From the NCBI GenBank assembly GCA_035528795.1, contig DATKXY010000274.1, positions 958-64,957 on the forward strand: 64,000 nucleotides of DNA, given 5' to 3'. Source of the stretch: an archaeon. Its GTDB lineage: Bacteria; Gemmatimonadota; Glassbacteria; GWA2-58-10. Position 1 is the first letter of the stretch. Each line of letters begins with the position of its first letter. Of the stretch, positions 55,137 through 64,000 are shown in pieces. Under the pieces are notes generated by a model. It ran no database searches and was not told where the DNA came from. It saw nothing but the letters and a program-made list of their open reading frames with translations. Position numbers and translations under genes: made by a program.

Positions 55137-56159
55137 ATGCTAGTTGTCGAGGCGATCCGCTCCCTGGTGGAGGGCCGCGATCTGAGCGCTGAACAAGCCC
55201 GGGGGGCGATGAACGAGATTATGGAGGGCAAAGCGCTGCCCTCACAAATTGGAGCCTTTCTAACCGCGCTGCGGATTAAAGGCGAAACTGTGGCAGAGAT
55301 CACTGCCTTTGCCCAGGTGATGCGCGACAAGGTCACCCGCGTGGAATCCCGCGCCCATGCCGTGGTGCTTGATACCTGCGGTACCGGGGGGGATGGATCA
55401 TGCAGTTTTAACATTTCCACGGCTGCAGCCTTTGTGGCCTCCGGAGCCGGGGTCCCGGTAGCCAAGCACGGGAACCGCTCAGTGTCGAGCGCCTGCGGAA
55501 GCGCCGATGTACTTAAAGAGCTCGGGGTAAATATCCAGGCCGGCCCTGAAACAGTCAGCCGCTGCCTGGATCAAGCAGGGATCTGCTTCATCTTCGCTCC
55601 GCTGTTTCATCCGGCGATGAAGCATGCGATCGGGCCGCGGCGCGAAATCGCTATCCGGACGGTGTTCAATATTCTGGGGCCCCTGACCAACCCGGCGGGC
55701 GCCAAATGCCAGCTCCTGGGCGTTTACTCCGCAGAGCTGACAGAGAAGCTGGCCGGAGTGCTGGCCGGGCTGGGCAGCCGCAAGGCTTATGTAGTCCACG
55801 GGCACGGCGGTATCGATGAGGTGTCGCTCAGCGGGCCGACTAAAATCGCCGAGCTCAAGGATGGCAAGGTAAAAAGTTATACTGTCAAGCCTCAGGACTT
55901 CAAGCTTGCACCTCAGCCACCCGAGGCGATTCGAGGAGGCGAGGCTCCAGAGAACGCCCGGATATTCAAGGAAGTGCTCGAGGGCCGGGCCGGGGCTTAC
56001 AGGGACGCGGTGCTTCTCAACGCCGGGGCTGCAATCAGCGCTTTCCACGAAAGGATGTCGATTGCGGAAGGGATCGGGCTGGCAGCAGAATCAGTGGACA
56101 GCGGCAAGGCAGCCGTGAAGCTCGCTGAGCTGATCGAGCTGACAAACGAGGCCCCTTGA
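55137..56159 (+). CDS. trpD: Anthranilate phosphoribosyltransferase
   Basis: DTCGTGGDGSCSFNISTAAAFVASGAGVPVAKHGNRSVSS, the canonical TrpD PRPP-binding motif. Start ATG at 55137, after GGAGAAATCAAC. Confidence 0.85.
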   Translation: MLVVEAIRSLVEGRDLSAEQARGAMNEIMEGKALPSQIGAFLTALRIKGETVAEITAFAQVMRDKVTRVESRAHAVVLDTCGTGGDGSCSFNISTAAAFVASGAGVPVAKHGNRSVSSACGSADVLKELGVNIQAGPETVSRCLDQAGICFIFAPLFHPAMKHAIGPRREIAIRTVFNILGPLTNPAGAKCQLLGVYSAELTEKLAGVLAGLGSRKAYVVHGHGGIDEVSLSGPTKIAELKDGKVKSYTVKPQDFKLAPQPPEAIRGGEAPENARIFKEVLEGRAGAYRDAVLLNAGAAISAFHERMSIAEGIGLAAESVDSGKAAVKLAELIELTNEAP

Positions 56160-56206
56160 TCCGGCTGGAGCTATAATGAATATAAAAAGCATCCTTTAGA
56201 ATCCAC

Positions 56207-57022
56207 ATGCCAGTATTTGATAAAAAAAGTATCCTTGACAAGATACTCGAGCATAAAAGGCAGGAGGTTGCCGCAGCCCAAAGAGAGCTGCCCCTGAATG
56301 AGCTTAAAAGCAGGCTGCGCGACCTGCCGCAGTCCCGCGGGAAGAGCCGTTTTGCTCGAGCGCTGACTAAAACGGATAAAGTATCCCTGATCGCCGAGAT
56401 CAAAAAGGCCAGCCCCTCGGCCGGGCTGATCCGCGAAGATTTCGATCCCCGCGCGCTCGGGGCGGCTTACGCAGAGGGAGGAGCGAGCGCTTTAAGTGTC
56501 TTGACCGACAGGAAATATTTCCAGGGAGCGGATGAATACCTTGTCCAGGCCAAGGCCGCTTCCGGCCTGCCGGCGCTCAGGAAAGATTTCACTGTGTCGG
56601 CATACCAGCTTTACGATTCCTGTCTCCTTGGCGCAGATTGCGTGCTTTTAATCGCTGCCGCTCTCGAGGAGGGCCGGCTTGCCGAGTTTATCGCCCTGGC
56701 TGATGAGCTCTCCCTTGATGCCCTGGTCGAGGTGCATAACCAGGCCGAGCTCGAGCTGGCAGTCGCCTGCAAAGCCCGGATCATCGGGGTCAATAACCGG
56801 GACCTGAAGACATTCGAGGTCCTGCTGAAAGTCTCGGAAAATCTGGCCGAGCTTTTACCGTCTTCCTGCGTCAAGGTCTCCGAGAGCGGCATTTCAAGCC
56901 ACGGCCATATCAGGCTTCTTGGCTCTCTGGGCTACGATGCGGTCCTGGTGGGCGGACACCTGATGCGGGCAGCCGATCCTGCAGCCGCTGTGAGGACCCT
57001 CATGAACGGGAACTCCCTTTGA
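56207..57022 (+). CDS. trpC: Indole-3-glycerol phosphate synthase
   Basis: LIAEIKKASPSAGLI...ALSVLTDRKYFQG...LRKDF...GVNNRDL, the IGPS (beta/alpha)8 motifs. Confidence 0.85.
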   Translation: MPVFDKKSILDKILEHKRQEVAAAQRELPLNELKSRLRDLPQSRGKSRFARALTKTDKVSLIAEIKKASPSAGLIREDFDPRALGAAYAEGGASALSVLTDRKYFQGADEYLVQAKAASGLPALRKDFTVSAYQLYDSCLLGADCVLLIAAALEEGRLAEFIALADELSLDALVEVHNQAELELAVACKARIIGVNNRDLKTFEVLLKVSENLAELLPSSCVKVSESGISSHGHIRLLGSLGYDAVLVGGHLMRAADPAAAVRTLMNGNSL

Positions 57023-57639
57023 GAGTACGAGTCAAAATCTGCGGGATCACCCGCCTGGAGGATGCGCTTGCAGCCGCACGGCTCGGCGCCCATGCAGTGG
57101 GCTTCGTGTTTCACCCCCCGAGTCCGCGCTATATCGAGCCTGCCTCGGCAGCGGCAATCGTAAAGAAGCTGCCTGCTTTTCTCACTACCGTGGGCGTGTT
57201 CGTGGATCTCGATCAGGAAACCGTGCGGTGCACTGCAGCGCTGTCTGGTGTGGATGTTGTTCAGCTTCACGGCTCGGAGAGCCCTGAGTACTGCCAGGGT
57301 CTGGGGCTTAAATGGATCAAGAGCTTTCGTATCGGGAGCCCGGAAGACCTGAAACTTCTCGCCCCATACGGCGCGGACAGGGACTTCCTGCTAGATAGCA
57401 GCATAGAGGGGCTCCCCGGCGGGACCGGCCGGACATTCAACTGGGAGTGGGCCGCCGGCGCAGGCCGCTACGGCAGGATCATCCTGGCTGGAGGCCTGAC
57501 GCCTGAGAACGTGGCCCGGGCCGTGGCCCTGGTAAACCCTGTGGGTGTGGATGTCTCGAGCATGGTGGAAAAAGCCCCCGGGATAAAAGATGTCGATAAA
57601 ATGGCCGCCTTTATCAATGCGGTGCGAAATATAGATTGA
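57019..57639 (+). CDS. trpF: Phosphoribosylanthranilate isomerase
   Basis: MRVRVKICGITRLEDALAAARLGAHAVGFVF...LLDS...AGGLTPENV. Confidence 0.85.
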   Translation: MRVRVKICGITRLEDALAAARLGAHAVGFVFHPPSPRYIEPASAAAIVKKLPAFLTTVGVFVDLDQETVRCTAALSGVDVVQLHGSESPEYCQGLGLKWIKSFRIGSPEDLKLLAPYGADRDFLLDSSIEGLPGGTGRTFNWEWAAGAGRYGRIILAGGLTPENVARAVALVNPVGVDVSSMVEKAPGIKDVDKMAAFINAVRNID

Positions 57640-57737
57640 TATCTTTGAAGTCAAGCTCCGACTGATGCGCAAAATCATCCATAACCAGCCAACCGTCAAT
57701 CCGGTTGACCGGTGCGGTTACATGAAAGGCAACCAAG

Positions 57738-58607
57738 ATGAAAATCAAAATCGGGCTGCCGAAAGGCAGCCTGCAGGAAGCCACTTTCGAGCTTTTCCGC
57801 AGGGCCGGATACAATTTCAGCATCTCCGAGCGCAGCTACTTCCCTTCGATCGATGACCCGGAGATCGAGGCCATGCTGATCAGGGCCCAGGAGATGGCCC
57901 ACTATGTCGAGGTCGGAGTGTTCGATGCCGGGCTGACCGGCAAGGACTGGATTCTCGAGAACGGGGCGGATGTAGTGGAAGTCGCCGACCTGGTCTACGC
58001 CAAACGGAGCATGCGCCCGGTGCGCTGGGTGCTCGCAGTGCCCAATGACTCGCCGGTCCAGTCAGTGAAAGACCTCGAGGGCGCGAAGATCTCTACCGAG
58101 GTGGTCAATATCGCCCGCAGGTACCTGGAAGATCACGGGGTAACCGCTGAGGTCGAATTCTCCTGGGGCGCAACCGAAGCCAAAGTCCCAGACCTGGCGG
58201 ATGCGATTATCGAGGTGACAGAGACTGGCAGCTCTCTACGGGCCAATAACCTGCGGATTGTGGAGACCGTGCTCGAGTCCACCACCAGGCTGATCGCGAA
58301 CAAAAAAGCCTGGAGCGATCCAGGCAAGCGGGAAAAAATCGAGAATATCGCCCTGATGCTCAAAGGCGCTATCGAGGCTGAGGGCAAAGTAGGAATAAAG
58401 CTGAATGTGCTAAAATCCCACCTGGCTGAGCTGGTCCGGATCCTTCCGGCAATGAAAAATCCCACGATCAGCTCATTGAATGACCCGGAATGGGTGGCAG
58501 TGGAGGTGATTCTGGATGAAAACATTGTCCGCAAGATCGTGCCCGAGCTGAAAAAGAAAGGCGGGCGCGATATAATCGAATACCCGCTGAACAAGGTCAT
58601 TCCCTGA
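57738..58607 (+). CDS. hisG: ATP phosphoribosyltransferase, long form with a C-terminal regulatory domain
   Basis: [25 protein letters not shown]...[18 protein letters not shown]. At 289 aa it carries the C-terminal His-binding regulatory domain. Confidence 0.85.
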   Translation: MKIKIGLPKGSLQEATFELFRRAGYNFSISERSYFPSIDDPEIEAMLIRAQEMAHYVEVGVFDAGLTGKDWILENGADVVEVADLVYAKRSMRPVRWVLAVPNDSPVQSVKDLEGAKISTEVVNIARRYLEDHGVTAEVEFSWGATEAKVPDLADAIIEVTETGSSLRANNLRIVETVLESTTRLIANKKAWSDPGKREKIENIALMLKGAIEAEGKVGIKLNVLKSHLAELVRILPAMKNPTISSLNDPEWVAVEVILDENIVRKIVPELKKKGGRDIIEYPLNKVIP

Positions 58608-58631
58608 TAACAACCGAAGGTCGGGAAAGAG

Positions 58632-59921
58632 ATGATTAAGATCATTCAGGAAAAAGGCGAGGATTTTCTCGCTGATCTCGCCAGGCGCAAGGCTGAAGAC
58701 CTGGACCGGGTGACTGCTGAGGTGTCCGAGATTATCCGCCGGGTGCGCAAGGAGGGTGACCGGGCCCTTGTTGAATTCACCCGGCGTTTCGACAAAGTCA
58801 GTCTGGCCCCTGAGCGCTTCCGGGTCACGGATCAGGAAATCGATCGGGCCGAAAGCAGCCTGGACACCGGGCTCAAAAAAGCCTTAAGCTCGGCTTACAA
58901 GCGAATCTGCGATTACCACGGCAGGCAGCTTGCCAACTCCTGGTTTACCACAGGTCCGGATGGGGAAATTCTTGGCCAGCGGATTCTGCCGGTCGAGTCC
59001 GCGGCTATCTACGCCCCTGGAGGCAAAGCCGCCTATCCGAGCAGCGTGCTTATGGGAGCAGGCGCTGCGCGGACTGCCGGCGTGAAAAGGCTGGTGCTCC
59101 TCTCCCCTCCCGATCCCGAGGGCGGGATCAACCCTGCGGTCCTTTTCGCCGCGCGAACGCTCGGAAAAGTGGATGAGATATACCGTCTCGGCGGAGCGCA
59201 CGCTATTGCCGCAGCGGCTTACGGGACAGAGAGCCTGCGCCCGGTAGATGTGATCGCCGGGCCGGGGAATATCTATGTCACCGCTGCTAAAAAACTGGTT
59301 TACGGAACAGTGAATATCGACATGCTGGCAGGCCCGAGCGAGATACTGGTAATTGCAGACAGCTCGGCGCGCCCGGCGTGGATTGCCGCTGACCTGTTGA
59401 GCCAGGCCGAACACGATGAGCGCTCAGCCTGCTGTCTTGTAACCACAAGCAGCGATTTAGCCGGGCGGGTTCAAAAAGAGCTCGAGGCTCAGCTTGAGCG
59501 CCTGCCTAAAAAGGAGATCGCAGCTCAGGCAATACAAAACTTCGGCGCGATTCTCCTGGCCCGGGACCTGGATGAGGCGGCCTTTCTGGCCAACCTCTTC
59601 GCCCCGGAGCATCTCGAGCTCCTCGTGGCCGATCCCTGGTCGCTCCTGGGCAGGATACAAAACGCCGGGGCCGTTTTCCTAGGACCGTACACCCCTGAGG
59701 CGGTCGGCGACTACTGGGCCGGACCGAATCATGTGCTCCCTACCGGGGGCTCGGCGAAAAATTTCTCTCCTCTCGGAGTGGAGGTGTTTCTTAAAAGATC
59801 GAGCCTGATCTCTTTCAACCGGCCAGCCTTCGAGCGGGCGCTTAAACCAGTAACCCTGATGGCACGGGCCGAGGGCCTCGAGGCCCACGCCCGCTCCATG
59901 GAAATAAGGAAAGAAAAATAA
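58632..59921 (+). CDS. hisD: Histidinol dehydrogenase
   Basis: IYAPGGKAAYPSSVLM...AGPSEILVIAD...LLSQAEHD...GDYWAGPNHVLPTGG, the HisD signature. Confidence 0.9.
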   Translation: MIKIIQEKGEDFLADLARRKAEDLDRVTAEVSEIIRRVRKEGDRALVEFTRRFDKVSLAPERFRVTDQEIDRAESSLDTGLKKALSSAYKRICDYHGRQLANSWFTTGPDGEILGQRILPVESAAIYAPGGKAAYPSSVLMGAGAARTAGVKRLVLLSPPDPEGGINPAVLFAARTLGKVDEIYRLGGAHAIAAAAYGTESLRPVDVIAGPGNIYVTAAKKLVYGTVNIDMLAGPSEILVIADSSARPAWIAADLLSQAEHDERSACCLVTTSSDLAGRVQKELEAQLERLPKKEIAAQAIQNFGAILLARDLDEAAFLANLFAPEHLELLVADPWSLLGRIQNAGAVFLGPYTPEAVGDYWAGPNHVLPTGGSAKNFSPLGVEVFLKRSSLISFNRPAFERALKPVTLMARAEGLEAHARSMEIRKEK

Positions 59922-59923
59922 AG

Positions 59924-61006
59924 ATGAACCTTAGCCGCTCGGTAAAAAATATTGTCCGCCCGGACCTCCTGGAGCTTAAAGCCTATCGGTCGCCCTGTTT
60001 CGAGTATCAAATCAAGCTCGACTTGAACGAAAGCCCGTTCGACCTGCCGGAAGAGATCAAGGAAGCGATATTCGAGCGCACAAGAGGACTTCTCTGGCAG
60101 CGCTATCATGATGAGTTCGAAACGCCGCTCAAAAAAGCCCTGGCCGATCATGTCGGGCACGATTCCAGGGGCGTCCTGATTGGAAACGGCTCAAACGAGC
60201 TCATTTTTCATACCCTGCTCTCGACAGTCAAAAACAGTGGAGCGGTGGTCTCTCTTGAGCCTTCTTTCAGCCTGTACCGCCAGAACGTGAAAGTCCTCGG
60301 GGGAAAGCCGGTGCCATTCTGGCTCAGCGGCGAGTCTTTTACCGTGGATCCCCGGGAGGTCATCCGGCTCGCCCGGGATTCCAAGGCTGATGCAGTGGTG
60401 CTCTGTTCGCCCAATAACCCGACCGGCGGCCGCATTCCCAACGAGGTGATCGAAAAAATCGCCCATTCAGTGGAAGCGGCTGTCGTTGTGGATGAGGCTT
60501 ACGCGCATTTTGCCGGGGACAATGCCCTGGGCCTTTTGCGAAAATGCCCGAACCTGATCGTGATTCGGACTTTCAGCAAGGCTTTCGGCCTGGCTGGCCT
60601 GCGTTTCGGTTTCGCGCTCTGCGCTCCCGAGCTTGCAGAGCAAATCTGCAAGGTGCAGCTTCCGCACCATGTAAACTTTTTCACCCAACTCGCCGCTCTC
60701 ACTCTGCTTGAGCGGCCCGAGCTTGTCGAGCAACGAGTGGCGGAAATCAAGCAGGGCCGAAAACACCTTCAAACTGAATTATCAAAAATAACAGGCCTCA
60801 AGGTCTTTCCCAGTGAGACTAATTTCGTGATGATAGAATGCAATGCAAAATCTCCAGCCGAGATTTTCGAGGGTCTGCTCTCCCGCGGCATTCTGGTGCG
60901 GGATATAAGCAAGTACCAGGGGCTCGGGCGCTGCCTGCGGATCACTGTGGGGCCTCCCCGTGATAATGATGCGTTTCTTGAGGCGCTCAGAGAGGTCACA
61001 GCATGA
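59924..61006 (+). CDS. hisC: Histidinol-phosphate aminotransferase
   Basis: Class II aminotransferase with LDLNESP, NPTGG, and a PLP-Lys in IVIRTFSKAFGLAGLRFG. Confidence 0.85.
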   Translation: MNLSRSVKNIVRPDLLELKAYRSPCFEYQIKLDLNESPFDLPEEIKEAIFERTRGLLWQRYHDEFETPLKKALADHVGHDSRGVLIGNGSNELIFHTLLSTVKNSGAVVSLEPSFSLYRQNVKVLGGKPVPFWLSGESFTVDPREVIRLARDSKADAVVLCSPNNPTGGRIPNEVIEKIAHSVEAAVVVDEAYAHFAGDNALGLLRKCPNLIVIRTFSKAFGLAGLRFGFALCAPELAEQICKVQLPHHVNFFTQLAALTLLERPELVEQRVAEIKQGRKHLQTELSKITGLKVFPSETNFVMIECNAKSPAEIFEGLLSRGILVRDISKYQGLGRCLRITVGPPRDNDAFLEALREVTA

Positions 61007-62043
61007 AATCCACGGAATTCAGAAAGCTTTCGGTAGCCTCCGGGGGGCTCTGGAAAAGGAAAGACCCGCAGCCTGTGCCTCTTGAGACAGTAGACGCGGT
61101 GATTTTCGATGTCGACGGGGTCCTGGTTGAGGTAAGCGGCTCTTTCCGCCATGTAATAAGCCAGAGCGTACAGTTCTATTTCAACCGGATCCTTGAAGTT
61201 CCCGGAGAAGAGCGCCTGGTCTCAGGAGAGGAGACAGGGCTTTTCAAGCTCGCCGGCAATTTCAACAACGACTGGGATGTTACCAAAGGCGCAGTGGCCT
61301 ATGGCCTGATGAAGCTAATGAATCTTGACGGTGTGAGTGATAAAAATATCGAGCATCTACGAAAAAAAACGCCGGCGCTCGAGGAGTTTACCGAAGAGAT
61401 CAAAAACCGCGGCGGAGGATTAAGAGTGACTCTCGAGATTATCCGCGAGAAACTCGGGAAACAAGACTTTTCCAGGTTCACGAGCCTTTACAGGCCTGAC
61501 CTTATCAGGCAGCTCTTTTTAGAGCATTACGCCGGTTCCGGGCTCTGCCGGGCCCTTTACGGTTTCGATCCCCGGTATGCGGAAGGGCCCGGACTGATAG
61601 AACGGGAACGTGACATCGTGGATGTCCCGCTCTTGAGAAAAACGGCAGCCAATGGCATTGCTCTCGGCATTCTCTCAGGCAGGATTCCATCCGAGGCCGA
61701 ATACCTTTTCCGGAAGAACGGGATGGACAGTCTTCTGAACCCGGATTTCGTGGTGACTGACGACGGGTCCCTGCCGTCAAAACCTGACCCTGCCGGATTG
61801 AGCCTTCTGGCCCGGAAAATGGGTTTCCAGGCCGCGATCTATGTGGGCGATGTTCCGGATGACTGGACCACGGTCTCCGCTTATAACTCCCAATCCCGGA
61901 ATACCGCCCCGATCGCCTGCTGCATGGTACAGACCGGAGCGGTCTCGGACAAGCTCATATCGCTTTTCTATGAAGAGTCCGGAGTGGACTACGTAGCCGC
62001 TGATGTCAACTGTCTGCTTAAAGCGCTGCTTTTGCATAGATAA
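61003..62043 (+). CDS. HAD-superfamily hydrolase (subfamily IA-like), a candidate histidinol-phosphate phosphatase
   Basis: Motif I AVIFDVDGVLV, motif II ILSGR, motif III KPDP, motif IV YVGDVPDD. 346 aa with a large cap insertion. ATGA start overlap with the hisC stop. It sits between hisC and a monofunctional hisB. Confidence 0.6.
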   Translation: MKSTEFRKLSVASGGLWKRKDPQPVPLETVDAVIFDVDGVLVEVSGSFRHVISQSVQFYFNRILEVPGEERLVSGEETGLFKLAGNFNNDWDVTKGAVAYGLMKLMNLDGVSDKNIEHLRKKTPALEEFTEEIKNRGGGLRVTLEIIREKLGKQDFSRFTSLYRPDLIRQLFLEHYAGSGLCRALYGFDPRYAEGPGLIERERDIVDVPLLRKTAANGIALGILSGRIPSEAEYLFRKNGMDSLLNPDFVVTDDGSLPSKPDPAGLSLLARKMGFQAAIYVGDVPDDWTTVSAYNSQSRNTAPIACCMVQTGAVSDKLISLFYEESGVDYVAADVNCLLKALLLHR

Positions 62044-62217
62044 GCGCTGAAACAAATAGGGCTATAAAGAAACCTTTGACAAATGTTATCATTCTACCCA
62101 AAAGACATTGACTATTTTTATAACGCTTTATAAATCAATAGGTTATTGTAGGGGCGGCTCGCGAACCCCCCTGCAGACCTTCCCCTCGAAACCCGATTTT
62201 AATCCAGGGAGCGCCCA

Positions 62218-62811
62218 ATGAGTTCCCCAAGAACCGCCACTGTAGAAAGAAAAACCAGCGAAACGGATATCCGCTTGACGCTGAACCTGGACGGCATGGG
62301 CGAAAGCTCTGTCGCAACCGGCATCGGTTTTTTTGACCACATGCTCACCGCCCTTGCCAGACATGCGCGTTTCGATATCGATCTGACCTGTAAGGGAGAT
62401 TTACATATCGACGAGCACCACTCGGTCGAGGATGTGGGGATCGTGGTTGGAGAGGCTTTGCGAAAAGCATTAGGCGATAAGTCCGGTATCAGGCGGTTTT
62501 CCCAGGGCTATGCTCCCCTGGATGAGGCATTGAGCAGGGTCGTGGTTGACTTGAGCGGCAGAGGTCTCCTTATTTTCCGCGGTGACCTTAAGCGGGAAAA
62601 GGTCGGGGACATGAGCACCGAGCTGGTGGAGGATTTCTGGCGCGCCCTGGCCTCGAAGGCAGGAATCACCATGCACATGGAGTTCCTTTACGGCGTCAAT
62701 ACGCACCACCTGGTGGAAAGCATGTTTAAAGCGGCTGCCCTGGCCCTTCACCAGGCCACGAGAATCGTTCCCGGAGCCGAGGAGGTTCCCTCGACAAAAG
62801 GGGTTCTCTAA
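62218..62811 (+). CDS. hisB: Imidazoleglycerol-phosphate dehydratase (monofunctional)
   Basis: RKTSETDI...GIGFFDHML...DLHIDEHHSVEDVGI...HHLVESMFKA. The IGPD Mn-binding His/Glu motifs are present. At 197 aa it has no fused phosphatase domain. Confidence 0.85.
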   Translation: MSSPRTATVERKTSETDIRLTLNLDGMGESSVATGIGFFDHMLTALARHARFDIDLTCKGDLHIDEHHSVEDVGIVVGEALRKALGDKSGIRRFSQGYAPLDEALSRVVVDLSGRGLLIFRGDLKREKVGDMSTELVEDFWRALASKAGITMHMEFLYGVNTHHLVESMFKAAALALHQATRIVPGAEEVPSTKGVL

Positions 62812-62995
62812 GCAAGGCCGGGCGGTCGGCTGCGCTTTTTCAGCGGACTGAGGGTATCCCGGCCCGCCCCCGGCTTTCCGAAAACGTTGACAATAAACAT
62901 TGAAACACTCTTTTTCAACTTTCTGACTAATCAGAATACTTCCTTAATGCTCACAAATGTTCCCGGTTAAAACCAGTTAAGAATAATTTTAGGGA

Positions 62996-63595
62996 ATGAT
63001 CAACATAATCGACTTCAAAATGGGCAACCTGCGCAGTGTCGAGAAGGCCTTTCACCACCTGGGATTCGAGGCGGCTATCAGCCAGGAACCCCGTGACATC
63101 CCCGGAGCAAGCCATCTGGTCCTGCCCGGGGATGGGGCTTTCGGCAAAAGCATGCAGCATATCCGCGAAATGGGCTTCGAGGACCCGATAAGGGAATTCA
63201 TCTCCTCAGGCCGGCCCTTTCTGGGCATCTGTGTGGGTTTCCAGCTCCTTTTCGGGACCAGCGAGGAAATGGGAATCCACAAGGGTTTCGGCCTTTTCCA
63301 GGGCGCGGTCAAAAAATTTCCCAAAGGCAGAAAGATCCCCCACATGGGCTGGAACCAGGTGAGCTGGCGCCGCATATCTGCGCTTTCCGCAGGCATCCCG
63401 GATAACTCCTATTTTTATTTCGTGCACTCCTATTATGCAGCGGCCACTGATCCTGATAATATACTCGGCACCACGGATTACGGGATAAATTTTGTTTCGG
63501 TCGCCGGACAGAGAAACATTTTCGCGGTGCAGTTCCACCCGGAGAAAAGCCAGGAGGCGGGATTGCGGCTGTTGAAAAATTTCGCCGAAATATAA
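62996..63595 (+). CDS. hisH: Imidazole glycerol phosphate synthase, glutamine amidotransferase subunit
   Basis: MINIIDFKMGNLRSV...LGICVGFQLL (catalytic Cys)...VQFHPEKS. Confidence 0.85.
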   Translation: MINIIDFKMGNLRSVEKAFHHLGFEAAISQEPRDIPGASHLVLPGDGAFGKSMQHIREMGFEDPIREFISSGRPFLGICVGFQLLFGTSEEMGIHKGFGLFQGAVKKFPKGRKIPHMGWNQVSWRRISALSAGIPDNSYFYFVHSYYAAATDPDNILGTTDYGINFVSVAGQRNIFAVQFHPEKSQEAGLRLLKNFAEI

Positions 63596-63638
63596 GCTGT
63601 TACAGCATGGTTTTAACGCAACTCTAAGGAGCCCAGGC

Positions 63639-64000
63639 TTGGATATTATCCCAGCGATAGATCTGATGGGCGGCCGCGCGGTTCGGCTGCGCCAGGGCAA
63701 AAAGAGCGAGCGGACCACTTATTTCGATGATCCGGTTGAGCCTGCCCTGGCTTTTGTAACAGAAGGCGCCAGGTATCTCCATGTGGTGGACCTTGACGGG
63801 GCTTTCGAGGGTCAGTCGAAAAACCTCGCTGTTGTGCGCAGGATTGTGGAGGCCGTGGGTTCACAGGTTTGCCTTCAGCTCGGGGGTGGGATCCGCAATT
63901 CAGAGGGGATCGAGCGGGCGCTGGGCCTGGGAGTTGACCGGGTGATTCTCGGCACTGCAATCCTGGCCGACCCGAAACTCCTGCGCAGCGCAGTTATAAG
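63639..64000 (+). CDS. hisA: 1-(5-phosphoribosyl)-5-[(5-phosphoribosylamino)methylideneamino]imidazole-4-carboxamide isomerase, partial. The C-terminus lies beyond the window.
   Basis: LDIIPAIDLMGGRAVRLRQG...LHVVDLDGA...LQLGGGIR. A TTG start at 63639 follows an AAGGA RBS. Confidence 0.75.
   Translation, partial: MDIIPAIDLMGGRAVRLRQGKKSERTTYFDDPVEPALAFVTEGARYLHVVDLDGAFEGQSKNLAVVRRIVEAVGSQVCLQLGGGIRNSEGIERALGLGVDRVILGTAILADPKLLRSAVI

Overview
This window is a 64-kb stretch of a high-GC (about 60%) bacterial chromosome. It carries conserved housekeeping operons interrupted by lower-GC inserts and a repeat-rich intergenic landscape.

Gene content, left to right:
- A partial GH35-like beta-galactosidase (minus strand, runs off the 5' edge), an AEC-family transporter, and lpdA.
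- A nuoABCD-[Tat-exported low-GC ORF]-nuoEFGHI operon. nuoJ-N are absent from the window.
- A sugar-utilisation neighbourhood: a secreted DUF4091/GH123-like protein, a PPi-type phosphofructokinase, an AgaS-like SIS isomerase, a HAD-like protein, an aldose 1-epimerase and a ComB-like phosphatase.
- A very AT-rich island encoding a lipoprotein and a dockerin-bearing M6 (InhA-like) metalloprotease, followed by two tandem OmpA-family paralogs with thrombospondin type-3 calcium-binding repeats.
- A SIS protein, a low-GC membrane protein, a LarB-like gene overlapping a dus gene, nth, and an HDOD protein.
- A signalling cluster of about 10 kb: a 1622-aa periplasmic-propeller/TM/NTPase/GAF/PP2C sensor phosphatase, a GAF-PAS class III adenylate cyclase, an RsbW-like anti-sigma kinase, a STAS antagonist, a secreted VWA-SH3b protein, and a tandem cNMP-binding protein.
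- A 730-bp non-coding region full of GC hairpins and palindromes.
- ldcA, a 906-aa HEAT-repeat/REC protein, and a fused trp(E,G,LOG,D,C,F)-his(G,D,C,HAD,B,H,A) biosynthetic gene string.

The most interesting candidates are:
- The partner-switching/cAMP signalling cluster, which has no sigma factor.
- The Tat-exported foreign gene inside the nuo operon.
- A family of mosaic structured intergenic repeats built from a GC hairpin plus a TGTGAATAAT core, found upstream of several genes.
- A HAD hydrolase positioned as the missing histidinol-phosphatase.

Everything is inferred by eye from the sequence and the ORF translations. No database searches were possible.
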